Numbered from the stretch's first letter, positions 30,601 to 45,478 are shown. The stretch: DNA of 64,000 nt from Eimeria praecox (GCA_963920595.1 OY986947.1:62001-126000), one strand, 5' to 3'. Translations and numbers: made by a program. The notes: generated by a model not told the origin, from the sequence alone.

Positions 30601-31050
30601 TTCGTTTTAACGAAACAGAAGGGTAAGAGGTAGGACGCAGCTGCAGCGATAAACAATCGCTACGACCACGGCTACAATCTCCATCAAATAAGCGATTCGA
30701 TAAGCCAAGACACTGCTCATAGCTGCAGCCAGGATTCAGTGGGCCTCCTAGAACACAAGAACATACAAAGAGCCGATTTTCGGTGGCGACCCTACACAAC
30801 CTGAAGCACGCATGGCAGCAATATCAAACCGCACACGATGCTGCCTAGCGAACACCGAGGCACCGGCTAGCAGCTCACTGGCAGCAAGCAAGCACCAGTC
30901 TGTCCCTCGGGAATCCGCACTCTCCGCAAATCACAGAAAATGCCTCGCATTGTCCAGCTGCCTCCCAAAATGCCATACAATACCCAATGTGCAGACGACG
31001 AGGTATCGAATGCACCATGCAGCATGCTCTTAGGGCCTTGACACGGTTGT
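21650..31050. repeat. Second higher-order dimer of family A, period ~4,701 bp
   Basis: Matching ORFs lie 4701 bp apart (22827/27528, 24626/29327, 25439/30140, 25850/30551); unit lengths alternate ~2360/2338. Confidence 0.88.
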
Positions 31051-34000
31051 CCAACTATGCTTTCCCTGCAGTGCCGAACGCAATTACCAGCTTCTATTCG
31101 CCCAGGCTGTGCAGTGCAACAGACCAGCGATCCAATATGCGACAAAGCAATATCTCCACAAAAACACCGCATAGGCTCATGCCAAAACTGGCACCTCACC
31201 GGGGTACTCCACAAAAATGCTGAGACATCCAGTATCGCCGCGCACCACAAGAAGCACTTTCCACACCCGCAAGCTGATTCGAGCCGGGACTGCATGCAGG
31301 CACACATGCACCATTTTGCAACCCACTGTTGTTCAGCAAGCGCAGCTACGGTGCTAGCCCTTCCTATGCGTTCTCACCTGTTAGCAACGGGCTATGGAGA
31401 ACACTCCCTCACCGCCGCTCCACACTTAGGTCGCTGCAGACGTCGGTCAGCCACTTAGATACTTACACAGACACTCACTCAGCCATATTGCAAGACAACC
31501 ACAAGCAGCCGCCTACAAGCCACCGCCGGCATACCACCTCGAAATCCACTCAGGAAGGCACAATCTGAAACCACCCCAGAACAAATAAAAATGTGGTAGC
31601 GCTACACCACGAGAACTTGTTTCATAGACCAAACGCACACGCAGACCACGCACCACTTAGCATGTGTGGTCTCTGAAGGCCTAAACTACAGCAGGAGCCA
31701 ACTTGCCCCACAACACACACCTCCAAACGAGATGCGAAATTCCGCTAGACGGAAACCAATCAAACTCTTCACCAAATACGCAACGCACATCCTGTACAAG
31801 AATGCGCACAGTTTAGTGAAAGTCAGAGCTCAGATACAGTGCATGCGCCAGCCGTCAGTAGCTACAAGCAGGCTTCACCCTGCATTCAGAACAAGAAACC
31901 AGGAGGTCAAAGCGACTGTGTGCGGCCACCCTGCACCAGGTGCACACCACGTGCACCACCCGCAACCATAATGTACACGCCTGTACGGCACTGTCAGTCC
32001 AGCATGCACAGTGGCGATACCTGCCACCCCACCGGGAGAACGGCTGCCGCTATCCCTGGAATGCAGACATTCGATGCACGCAATAACGAAACTTAAACAA
32101 TCAGCACACAACCACGCAGGCTATGCAATCCATATCTGAGCTCCCAAAACCCCTCGCCAGCTGCCTACTACGCATCCCCAAGTTGACATATGCCACAAGC
32201 CGCAGTCGCCTGCGATCAATGGCAACCCCTTGTGGCAACAGACAGCCGCCAGGACTTGTGCAGGCAGGTTGTGCTTCTACAACGCACAACCAATCCCAAT
32301 ATCCGAATTTGCTGCCACCCAGTCCTTACCGGCTGTGCAAAAACACCAAACGCCAAACTGTCGCACAGCCTCTACCATATCAATGACAAGAGGAGTCCTG
32401 ACAACTGCTTGCAAGAAACAATGGTGGTTCACCTGCCACCCACTGATTCCGCATTATCGGTGCCATAGCCAGAGCCCCATGCACACAAGCAGCACTGTTG
32501 TAAACTGCTTAGAGAGGCGTCGTATCGAATGCACCATACCCTTAGTGGCTTGTCACGATTGCCCAGCTATGTCATTCTCGCAGTGCCAAGCCCAGTTACC
32601 AGCTTGCACGCTGTCAGCCTGTCCAGAGCAACAGACCACTGACTCACTATGCAACGAAGCAACACTTCCAACCAAAACGCCTAGTCCTATGATAAAGTTG
32701 CCATGCCTTTTCATTATTCCACAAAAGTGCTGAAACAAGCACTACCGCACCCAAATCGTCGGCAATGGCTCAAAGGCTAAAGACGCCCGCACTGGACATA
32801 TGTGCACCAAAGCGTCCAAAGAACCACCAGGTGCCCACGTGCCGCAACGCGCACACCTCGAAACAGGAGGACCTATGCAGGCGAGCACGTCAAACAAATT
32901 CATCAAGTAAGCAACGCACAGTCTGCCGCCAGACATGAGTTCGTTTTAACGAAACAGAAGGCTAAGAGGTAGGACGCAGCTGCAGCGATAAACAATCGCT
33001 ACGACCACGGCTACAATCTCACCAAAAAGGCGATTCGATAAGCCAAGACACTGCTAATAACTGCAGCCAGGATTCAATGGGTCTCCTAGAACACAAGAAC
33101 ATACAAAAAACCGATTTCCGGTGGCGATCCTACACAACCCGAAGCACGCATGGCAGCAATATCCAACCGTACACGATGCTGCCTAGCGAACACCGAGGCA
33201 CCGGCTAGCAGCTCACTGGCAGCAAGCAAGCACCCGTCTCTCCCTCGGGAATCCGCACTCTCCGCAAATCACAGAAAATGCCTCGCATTGCCCAGCTGCC
33301 TCCCAAAATGCCATACAATACCCAATGTGCAGACGACGAGCCATCGAATGCACCATGCTCTTAGGGCCTTGACACGGTTGTCCAACTATGCTTTCCCTGC
33401 AGTGCCGAACGCAATTACTTGCTTCACTTCGCCCAGGCTGTGCAGTGCAACAGACCAGCGATCCAATATGCGACAAACCAATATCTCCACAAAAACACCA
33501 TATAGGTCCATGCCAAAACTGGCATGCCACCGGGGTACTCCACAAAAATGCTGAGACATCCAGTATCGCCGCACACCACAAGAAGCACCTGCCACATCCG
33601 CAAGCTGATTCGAGCCGGGACTGCATGCAAGCACACATGCACCATTTTGCAACCCACTGTTGTTCAGCAAGAGCAGCTACGGTGCTAGCCCTTCTTATGC
33701 GTTCTCACCTGTTAGCGACGGGCTATGGAAAACGCTCCCTCACCGCTGTTCATTACATAGTTTGCTGCGGACGCCGCTCAGACACTCAGATACTCACGCA
33801 GACACTCACTCAGCCATATTGCAAGACAACCGCAAGCAGCCGGCTACAAGCCACCGCCGGCATACCACCTCGAAATCCATTCAGGAACGCACAATCTGAA
33901 ATCACCCCAGAACAAATAAAAATGCGGTAGCGCTACACCAGGAGAACTTGTATCATAGGCCAAACGCACACGCAGACCACGCACCACTTAACATGTGTGG

Positions 34001-37000
34001 TCTCTGAAGGCCTAAAATACTGGAGGAGCCAACTTGCCCCACAACTCACATCTCCAGCCGACATAGGGAATCCAGCCAGAAGGAAACGAGCCAAACATTT
34101 CGCCAAATGCACAACGCACAGTCTGCGGCCACACATTGCTTTGGGGGTTAAGTAAATCACAGCTCAGACACAGTACATGCGCCAGCCGTCAGTAGCTACA
34201 AGCAGGCTTCACCCTGCATTCAGAACAAGAAACCAGGAGGTCGAAGCGACTGTGTGCGGCCACCCTGCACCAGGTGCACACCACGTGCACCACCCGCAAC
34301 CATAATGTACACGCCTGTACGGCACTGTCAGTCCAGCGTGCACAGAGGCGCCACCTGCCACCCCACCGGGAGAACGGCTGCCGCTACCCCTGGAATGCAG
34401 ACATTCGATGCACGCAATAACGAAACTTAAACAATCAGCACACAACCAGGCAGGCTATGCAATCCATATCTGAGCTCCCAAAACCCCTCGCCAGCTGCCT
34501 ACTACGCAGCCCCAAGCTGACATAAGCCACACATCGCGGTCAGCTGCGATCAGTGGTAACCCCTTGCGGCAACAGACAGCCGCCAGCGCTTGTGCAGGCA
34601 GGTTGTGTTTCTACAACGCACAACCAATCCCAGTATCTGAATTTAATGCCACCCAGTTCTTACCGACTGTGCAAAAACACCAAACGCCAAACTGTCGCAC
34701 AGCCTCTACCATATCAATGACAAGAGGAGTCCTGACAACTGCTTGCAAGAAACAATGGTGGTTCACGTGCCACCCACTGATTCCGCATTATCGGTACCAT
34801 AGCCAGAGTCCCATGCACGCAAGCCGGGCTGTTGCCAACTGCTTAGAGAGGCGACGCATCGAATGCACCATACCCTTAGTGGCTTGTCACGATTGCCCAG
34901 CAATGCCATTCTCGCAGTGCCTAGCCCAGTTACCAACTCAGACTGTGCAGAGCAACAGAACCCTGACTCACTTTGCAACGAAGCAACACTTCCAACCAAA
35001 ACGCTCAGTCCTATGATAAAGTTGCCATGTCTTTTCATTACTCCACAAAAGTGCTGAAACAAGCACTACCGCTGCGCATAATGAAGCCCATGCATCGGCG
35101 AAAGGCACAGACTGAGTCAAGCAATGGCCTAAAGGCTAACGACGCCCGCACTGGCAATATGTGCATCAAAGCGTCCAAAGAATCACCAGGTGCCAGCTTG
35201 CCCCAACGCACACACCTCAACACAGGAGGACCTATGCAGGTGAGCACGCCAAACAAATTCATGGAGTAAGCAGCGCACATTCTGCCGCCAGACATGAGTT
35301 CGTTTTAACGAAACAGGAGGCTAAAAGGTAGGATGCTGCTGCAGCGATAAACAATCGATATGACCACTGCTACAATATCCACCAAATAAGCGATTCGATA
35401 AGCCAAGACACTGCTCATAGCTGCAGCCAGGATTCAGTGGGCCTCCTAGAACACAAGAACATACAAAGAGCCGATTTTCGGTGGCGACCCTACACAACCT
35501 GAAGCACGCATGGCAGCAATATCAAACCGCACACGATGCTGCCTAGCGAACACCGAGGCACCGGCTAGCAGCTCACTGGCAGCAAGCAAGCACCAGTGTG
35601 TCCCTCGGGAATCCGCACTCTCCGCAAACCACAGAAAATGCCTCGCATTGTCCAGCTGCCTCCCAAAATGCCATACAATACCCAATGTGCAGACGACGAG
35701 GTATCGAATGCACCATGCAGCATGCTCTTAGGGCCTTGACACGGTTGTCCAACTATGCTTTCCCTGCAGTGCCGAACGCAATTACCAGCTTCTATTCGCC
35801 CAGGCTGTGCAGTGCAACAGACCAGCGATCCAATATGCGACAAAGCAATATCTCCACAAAAACACCGCATAGGCTCATGCCAAAACTGGCACGTCACCGG
35901 GGTACTCCACAAAAATGCTGAGACATCCAGTATCGCCGCGCACCACAAGAAGCACTTTCCACACCCGCAAGCTGATTCGAGCCGGGACTGCATGCAGGCA
36001 CACATGCACCATTTTGCAACTCACTGTTGTCCAGCAAGAGCAGCTACGGTGCTAGCCCTTCTTATGCGTTCTCACCTGTTAGCAACGGGCTATGGACAAC
36101 ACTCCCCCACCGCCGCTCCACACTTAGGTCGCTGCAGACGTCACGCAGACACTCAGCTACTCACACAGACACTCACTCAGCCATATTGCAAGCCAATCAC
36201 AAGCAGCCGCCTACAAGCCACCGCCGGCATACCACCTCGAAATCCATTCAGGAACGCACAATCTGAAATCACCCCAGAACAAAAAAAAGGCCGTAGCGCT
36301 ACACCAGGAGAACTTGTTTCATAGGCCAAACGCATACGCATGCCACGCACCACTTAACATATGTGGTCTCTGAAGGCCTAAACTACAGCAGGAGCCAACC
36401 TCCCCTACAACACATGCCTCCAAAAACGATAGGCCATCCAGCGAGAAGGAAACGAGGCAGACACTTCACCAAATACGCAACCCACAGTCTGCTGCCACAC
36501 ATTGGGTTTGGGGTTAATTAAATATACGCTCAGACGCACTCCATGAGCAAGCCGTCAGTAGCTACAAAAAGGCTTCACCTTGCATTCAGAGCAACAAACA
36601 ACGACTGTATGCGGCCATCCTGCACCAGGTGCACAACACGTGCACCACCCGCAACCGTAATGCACACGCAGGTACGGCACTGTCAGTCCAGCGCGCATAG
36701 TGGCGCCACCTGCCACCTCATTGGGACAACAGCTGCGGCTACACCTCGAATGCAGACATTCGATGCACGCAATAACGAAACTTAAACAATCAGTATACAA
36801 CCACGCAGGCTATGCAATCCATATCTGGCCTCCCAAACCCCCTCGCCAGCTGCTTTCTACGCACGCCCAAGCCCAAATAAGCCACAGCCGCAGTCGGCTG
36901 CGACCCATGGCAACCCCTTGTGATAACAGACGGCAGCCAATGCTTGTGCAGGCACGCTGTGCTTCTACAACGCACAGCCATTCCCAATATCCGAATTTGC

Positions 37001-40000
37001 TGCCACCCAGTCCTTACCGACTGCGCAAAAACACCAAACGCCAAACTGGTACACAGCCTCTACCAAATTCATCCCCAGTGGAGTCCTGACAACTGCTTGC
37101 AAGAAACAATGGTGGTTCACGTGCCACCCACTGATCCCGCATTATCGGTACCATAGCCAGAGTCCCATGCACGCAAGCCGCGCTGTTGCCAACTGCTTAG
37201 AGAGGCGTCGCATCGTATGCACCATACCCTTAGTGGCTTGTCACGATTGCCCAGCTATGTCATTCTCGCAGTGCCTAGCCCAGTTACCAACCTGCACTCA
37301 CTCAGGCTGTGCAGCGCAACGGCGCACTGACGCACTATGCAACGAAGCAACACTTCCAACCAACACGCTCAGTCCTATGATGAAGCTGCCATGGCTTTTT
37401 ATTACTCCACAACACGCACTCCCGCTGAGCATAACGAACCCAAATCATCGGCTATGGCTCAAAGGCTAAAGACGCCCGCATTGGAAATATGTGGACCGCA
37501 GCGTCTAAAGAACCACCAGGTGCGGCTTCCCCCAACGCACACACCTCAACACAAGATGACCTATGCAGGCGAGCACGTCAAACAAATTCATCAAGTAAGC
37601 AACGCACAGTCTGCCGCCAGACATGAGTTCGTTTTAACGAAACAGAAGGCTAAGAGGTAGGACGCAGCTGCAGCGATAAACAATCGCTACGACCACGGCT
37701 ACAATCTCCATCAAATAAGCGATTCGATAAGCCAAGACACTGCTAATAACTGCAGCCAGGATTCAATGGGTCTCCTAGAACACAAGAACATACAAAGAGC
37801 CAATTTTCGGTGGCGATCCTACACAACCTGAAGCACGCATGGCAGCAATATCAAACCGCACACGATGCTGCCTAGCGAACACCGAGGCACCGGCTAGCAG
37901 CTCACTGGCAGCAAGCAAGCACCCGTCTGTTCCTCGGGAATCCGTACTCTCCGCAAACCACAGAAAATGCCTCGCATTGCCCAGCTGCCTCCCAAAATGC
38001 CATACAATACCCAATGTGCAGACGACGAGGTATCGAATGTACCATGCAGCATGCTCTTAGGGCCTTGACACGGTTGTCCAACTATGCTTTCCCTGCAGTG
38101 CCGAACGCAATTACCAGCTTCTATTCGCCCAGGCTGTGCAGTGCAACAGACCAGCGATCCAATATGCGACAAAGCAGCATCTCCAAAAAACACCGCATAG
38201 GTCCATGCCAAAACTGGCACGCCACCGGGGTACTCCACAAAAATGCTGAGACACCCAGTATCGCCGCGCACCACAAGAAGCACCTGCCACATCCGCAAGC
38301 TGATTCGAGCCGGTACTGCATGCAGGCACACATGCAGCATTTTGCAACTCACTGTTGTCCAGCAAGAGCAGCTACGGTGCTAGCCCTTCTTATGCGTTCT
38401 CACCTGTTAGCAACGGGCTATGGACAACACTCCCCCACCGCCGCTCCACACTTAGGTCGCTGCAGACGTCACGCAGACACTCAGCTACTCACACAGACAC
38501 TCACTCAGCCATATTGCAAGCCAATCACAAGCAGCCGCCTACAAGCCACCGCCGGCATACCACCTCGAAATCCATTCAGGAACGCACAATCTGAAATCAC
38601 CCCAGAACAAAAAAAAGGCCGTAGCGCTACACCAGGAGAACTTGTTTCATAGGCCAAACGCATACGCATGCCACGCACCACTTAACATATGTGGTCTCTG
38701 AAGGCCTAAACTACAGCAGGAGCCAACCTCCCCCACAACACATGCCTCCAAAAACGATAGGCCATCCAGCGAGAAGGAAACGAGGCAGACACTTCACCAA
38801 ATACGCAACCCACAGTCTGCTGCCACACATTGGGTTTGGGGTTAATTAAATATACGCTCAGACGCACTCCATGAGCAAGCCGTCAGTAGCTACAAAAAGG
38901 CTTCACCTTGCATTCAGAGCAACAAACAACGACTGTATGCGGCCATCCTGCACCAGGTGCACAACACGTGCACCACCCGCAACCGTAATGCACACGCAGG
39001 TACGGCACTGTCAGTCCAGCGCGCATAGTGGCGCCACCTGCCACCTCATTGGGACAACAGCTGCGGCTACACCTCGAATGCAGACATTCGATGCACGCAA
39101 TAACGAAACTTAAACAATCAGCATACAACCACGCAGGCTATGCAATCCATATCTGAGCTCCCAAAACCCCTCGCCAGCTGCCTATTACGAAGCTCCAAGC
39201 TGGCATAAGCCACACATCGCGGTCAGCTGCGATCAGTGGTACCCCCTTGTGCCAACAGACGGCCGCCAGCGCTTGTGCAGGCAGGTTGTGTTTCTACAAC
39301 GCACAACCAATCCCAATATCCGAATTTGCTGCAACCCAGTCCTTACCGGCTGTGCAAAAACACCAAACGCCAAACTGTCGCACAGCCCCTAGCATATCAA
39401 TGACAAGAGGAGTCCTGACAACTGCTTGCAAGAAACAATGGTGGTTCACCTGCCACCCACTGATTCCACATAATCGGTACCATAGCCAGAGTCCCATGTA
39501 CACAAGCAGCACTGTTGCCAACTGCTTAGAGAGGCGACGCATCGAATGTACCATAGCCTTAGTGGCTTGTCACGATTGCCCAGCTATGTCATTCTCGCAC
39601 TGCCAAGCCCAGTTACCAGCTTGTAGGCTGTCAGCATGTCCAGAGCAACAGACCAGTGACTCACTATGCAACGAAGCAACACTTCCAACCAAAACGCTCA
39701 GTCCTCTGATGAAGCTGCCATGGCTTTTTATTACTCCATAACACGCACTCCCGCTGAGCATAACGAACCCAAATCATCGGCTATGGCTCAAAGGCTAAAG
39801 ACGCCCGCATTGGAAATATGTGCACCAAAGCGTCCAAAGAACCACCAGGTGCGGCTTGCCCCAACGCACACACCTCAACACAAGATGACCTATGCAGGCG
39901 AGCACGTCAAACAAATTCATCAAGTAAGCAACGCACAGTCTGCCGCCAGACATGAGTTCGTTTTAACGAAACAGAAGGCTAAGAGGTAGGACGCAGCTGC

Positions 40001-43000
40001 AGCGATAAACAATCGCTACGACCACGGCTACAATCTCCATCAAATAAGCGATTCGATAAGCCAAGACACTGCTAATAACTGCAGCCAGGATTCAATGGGT
40101 CTCCTAGAACACAAGAACATACAAAGAGCCGATTTTCGGTGGCGATCCTACACAACCTGAAGCACGCATGGCGGCAATATCAAACCGCACACGATGCTGC
40201 CTAGCGAACACCGAGGCACCGGCTAGCAGCTCACTGGCAGCAAGCAAGCACCCGTCTGTTCCTCGGGAATCCGTACTCTCCGTAAATCACAGAAAATGCC
40301 TCGCATTGCCCAGCTGCCTCCCAAAATGCCATACAATACCCAATGTGCAGACGACGAGGTATCGAATGCACCATGCAGCATGCTCTTAGGGCCTTGACAC
40401 GGTTGTCCAACTATGCTTTCCCTGCAGTGCCGAACGCAATTACCAGCTTCTATTCGCCCAGGCTGTGCAGTGCAACAGACCAGCGATCCAATATGCGACA
40501 AAGCAGCATCTGCAAAAAACACCGCATAGGCCCATGCCAAAACTAGCACGCCACCGGGGTACTCCATAAAAGTGCTGAGACGCCCTGTATCGCCGCGCAC
40601 CACAAGAAGCACTTTCCACACCCGCAAGCTGATTCGAGCCGGGACTGCATGCAAGCACACATGCACCATTTTGCAACCCACTGTTGTTCAGCAAGCGCAG
40701 CTACGGTGCTAGCCCTTCTTATGCGTTCTCACCTGTTAGCAACGGGCTCTGGAGAACACTCCCTCACCGCCGCTCCACACTTAGGTCGCTGCAGACGTCG
40801 GTCAGCCACTTAGATACTTACACAGACACTCACTCAGCCATATTGCAAGACAACCACAAGCACCCGCCTACAAGCCACCGCCGGCATACCACCTCGAAAT
40901 CCATTCAGGAAGGCACAATCTGAAACCACCCCAGAACAAATAAAAATGCGGTAGCGCTACACCAGGAGAACTTGTTTCATAGACCAAACGCACACGCAGA
41001 CCACGCACCACTTAACATGTGTGGTCTCTGAAGGCCTAAACTACAGCAGGAGCCAACTTGCCCCACAACACACATCTCCAAACGAGATGCGAAATTCCGC
41101 TAGACGGAAACCAATCAAACACTTCACCAAATACGCAACGCACATTCTGCGGCCACGCATTGCTTTGGGGTTAGAAGTAAATAAAGGCTCATACACAGTA
41201 CATGCGCAGGCCGTCAGTAGCTACAAACAGGCTTCACCTTGCATTCAGAACAAGAAACCAGGAGGTCAAAGCGACTGTGTGCGGCCACCCTGCACCAGGT
41301 GCACACCACGTGCACCACCCGCAACCATAATGTACACGCCTGTACGGCACTGTCAGTCCAGCGTGCACAGTGGCGATACCTGCCACCTCATCGGGACAAC
41401 GGTTGCTACTAGCCCTGGAATGCAGACATTGGCTGCACGCAATAACGAAACTTAAACAATCAGCACACAAGCACGCTATGGACTCCATATCTGGCGTCCC
41501 AAACCCCTCGCCAGCTGCCTACTACGCAGCTCCAAGCTGGCATAAGCCACAAGCCGCAGTCGGCTGCGATCAATGGCAACCCCTTGTGACAACAGACGGC
41601 AGCCAATGCTTGTGCAGGCACGCTGTGTTTCTACAACGCACAACCATTCCCAATATCCGAATTTGCTGCCACCCAGTCCTTACCGACTGCGCAAAAACAC
41701 CAAACGCCAAACTGGTACACAGCCTCTACCAAATTCATCCCAAGTGGAGTCCTGACAACTGCTCACAGAAAACAATCGTGGCTCACATGCCACCCACTGA
41801 TCCCGCATTATCGGTACCATAGCCAGAGCCCCATGCACACAAGCAACACTGTTGCAAACTGCTTAGAGACGCGACGTATCGAATGCACCATAGCCTTAGT
41901 GGCTTGTCACAATTGCCCAGCAATGCCATTCTCGCAGTGCCTAGCCCAGTTACCAACTTGCACTCACTCAGCTTGTACAGAGCAACAGACCACTGACTCA
42001 CTATGCAACGAAGCAACACTTCCAACCAAAACGCCTAGTCCTATGATAAAGTTGCCATGTCTTTTCATTATTCCACAAAAGTGCTGAAACAAGCACTACC
42101 GCTGCGCATAATGAAGCCAATGCACCGGCAAAACGCACAGACTGAGTCAAGCAATGGCTCAAAGGCTAAAGACGCCCGCACTGGCATTATGTGCATCGCA
42201 GCATCCAAAGAACCACCGGGTGCCAGCTTGCCCCAACGCACACACCTCCACACAAGAGGAGATATGCAGGCAAGCACATCAAACAAATTCATCAAGTAAG
42301 CAGCGCACAGTCTGCAGCCAGGTATCAGTTCGTTCTAACGAAACAGAAGGGTAAGAGGTAGGACGCAGCTGCAGCGAGAAACAACTGATACGACCACTGC
42401 TGCAATCTTCTCCAAATAAGCAATTCGATAAGCGCCAGGCACTCATAACTACAGCCAGGATTCAATGGGTCTCCTAGAACACAAGAACATGCAAAGAACC
42501 GATTTCCGGTGGCGATCCTACACAACCTGAAGCACGCATGGCAGCAATATCAAACCGTACAGAATGCTGCCTAGACAGCACCGAGCCAACGGCTAGCAGC
42601 TCACTGGCAGCAAGCAAGCACCCGTCGGTCCCTCGGGAATCCGCACCCTCCGTAGACCACAGAAAATGCCTCGCATTGCCCAGCTGCCTCCCAAAATGCC
42701 ATACAATACCCAATGTGCAGACGACGAGGTATCGAATGCACCATGCAGCATGCTCCTACGGCCTTGACACGGTTGTCCAACTGTGCTTTCCCTGCAGTGC
42801 CGAGCGCAATTACCAGCTTCTATTCGCCCAGGCTGTGCAGTGCAACAGACCAGCGATCCAATATGCGACAAAGCAATATCTCCACAAAAACAGCATATAG
42901 GTCCATGCCAAAACTGGCACGCCACCGGGGTACTCCACAAAAATGCTGAGACACCCAGTACCGCCGCGCGCCACAAGAAGCACCTGCCACATCCGCAAGC

Positions 43001-45478
43001 TGATTCGAGCCGGGACTGCATGCAGGCACACATGCAGCATTTTGCAACTCACTGTTGTCCAGCAAGAGCAGCTACGCTGGTTGTCCTTTTTATACGTTCT
43101 GAGCACGTAGCAAAGAACTGTGAAGAACCACCGTCACCACTGCTCGTTACGTAGATCGCTGCAGACGTCACGCAGACACTCTGATACTCACACAGACACT
43201 CACTCAGCCATATTGCAAGACAACCACAAGCAGCCGGCTACAAGCCAACGCCGGCATGCCACATCGAAATCTATTCAGGAACGCACAATCTGAAACCACA
43301 CCAGAACAAGTAAAAATGCCGTAGCGCTACACCAGAAGAACTTGTTTCATAGACCAAACGCACACGCATGCCACGCACCACTAAACATGTGTGGTCTCTG
43401 AAGGCCTAAACTACAGCAGGAGCCAACCTCCCCCACAACACACATCTCCAAACAAGATGCGAAATTCCGCTAGACGGAAACGAGGCAGACACTTCACCAA
43501 ATACGCAACGCACATCCTGTACAAGAATGCACAAAGCTTAGTTAAAGTAAAAGCTCAGATACAGTGCATGCGCCAGTCGTCAGTAGCTGCAAACAGGCTT
43601 CACCCTGCATTCAAAACAACAAGGAAGGAGGTCAAAACGACTGTATGCGGCCATCCTGCACCAGGTGCACAACACGTGCACCACCGAGAACCGTCATGCA
43701 CACGCAGGTACGGCACTGTCAGTCCAGCGCGCACAGAGGCGCTACCTGCCACCTCATTGGGACAACAGCTGCGGCTACACCTCGAATGCAGACATTCGAT
43801 GCACGCAATAACGAAACTTAAACAATCAGCACGCAACCACGCAGGCTATGCAATCCATATCTGGCCTCCCAAACCCCCTCGCCAGCTGCTTTCTACGCAC
43901 GCCCAAGCCCACATAAGCCACACATCGCGGTCAGCTGCAACCCATGGCAACCCCTTGTGATAACAGACAGCAGCCAATCCTTGTGCAGGCAGGTTGTGTT
44001 TCTGCAACGCACAACCAATCACATTATCTGAATTTGCTGCCACCCAGTTCTTACCGACTGCGCAAAAACACCAAACGCCAAACTGTCGCACAGCCCCTAC
44101 CATATCAATGACAAGAGGAGTCCTGACAACTGCTTACAGGAAACAATGGTGGTTCACGTGCTACCCACTGATTCCGCATTATCGGTACCATAGCCAGAGT
44201 CCCATGCACGCAAGCCGGGCTGTTGCCAACTGCTTAGAGGGGCGACGTGTCGAACGCACCATGCGACGAAGCAACCCTTCCAACCAAAACGCTCAGTCCT
44301 ATAATAAAGCTGCCATGCCTTTTCATTTCTCCACAACGCGCATTCCCGCTGAGCATAATGAACCCAAATCATCAGCAATGGCTCAAAAGGCTAGAGACGC
44401 CCGCATTGGAAATATGTGGACCGCAGCGTCCAAAGAACCACCAGGTGCCAGCTTGCCCCAACGCACACACCTCAACACAAGATGACCTATGCAGGCGAGC
44501 ACGTCAAACAAATTCATCAAGTAAGCAACGCACAGTCTGCCGCCAAACATGAGTTCGTTTTAACGAAACAGAAGGCTAAGAGGTAGGACGCAGCTGCAGC
44601 GATAAACAACCGCTACGACCACTGCTATAATCTCCACCCAATAAGCGATTCGATAAGCCAAGACACTGCTAATAACTGCAGCCAGGATTCAATGGGTCTC
44701 CTAGAACACAAGAACATACAAAGAGCCGATTTTCGGTGGCGATCCTACACAACCTGAAGCACGCATGGCAGCAATATCAAACCGTACACGATGCTGCCTA
44801 GCGAACACCGAGGCAACGGCTAGCAGCTCACTGGCAGCAAGCAAGCACCAGTCTGTCCCTCGGGAATCCGCACTCTCCGCAAACCACAGAAAATGCCTCG
44901 CATTGCCCAGCTGCCTCCCAAAATGCCATACAATACCCAATGTGCAGACGACGAGGTATCGAATGCACCATGCAGCATGCTCCTACGGCCTTGACACGGT
45001 TGCCCAACTGTGCTTTCCCTGCAGTGCCGAACGCAATTACCAGCTTCTATTCGCCCAGGCTGTGCAGTGCAACAGACCAATGATCCAATATGCGACAAAG
45101 CAACATCTCCAAAAAACACCGCATAGGTCCATGCCAAAGCTGGCACGCCACCGGGGTACTCCACAAAAATGCTGAGACACCCAGTATCGCCGCGCACCAC
45201 AAGAAGCACCTGCCACATCCGCAAGCTGATTCGAGCCGCGGCTGCATGCTAGAGCGCATGCAGCATTTTGCAACCCACTGTTGTTCAGCAAGCGCAGCTA
45301 CGCTGGTTGTCCTTTTTATACGCTCTGAGCAAGTAGCAAAGAACTGTGAAAAAGTCCCGTCACCACCGCTCGTTACGCAGATCGCTGCAGACGTCACTCA
45401 GACGCTTAGATGCTCATACAGACACTCGGTCAGCCATACTGCAAGGCAACCACAAGCAGCCGCCTACACGCCGCCGCC

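Larger units (their letters stand above)
1..45478. repeat. Tandem array family A: ~2.36 kb macrosatellite unit, 19 full copies plus a partial copy; continues beyond the left edge
   Basis: The anchor cagccaggatt recurs at 11, 2367, 4740, 7096, 9487, 11853, 14225, 16596, 18966, 21327, 23687, 26025, 28388, 30726, 33064, 35424, 37753, 40082, 42452 and 44679 (spacings 2227-2391 bp). The intervening sequence is collinear and the same ORFs recur with this period. Confidence 0.98.

Noticed and set aside
68..45400. Recurrent 60-212 aa ORFs in family A as a tandem gene array
   Set aside because: They overlap in several frames on both strands and show no recognisable domain. They are freely broken by 1-, 4- and 7-bp indels and stops between copies, and many unit lengths are not multiples of 3.
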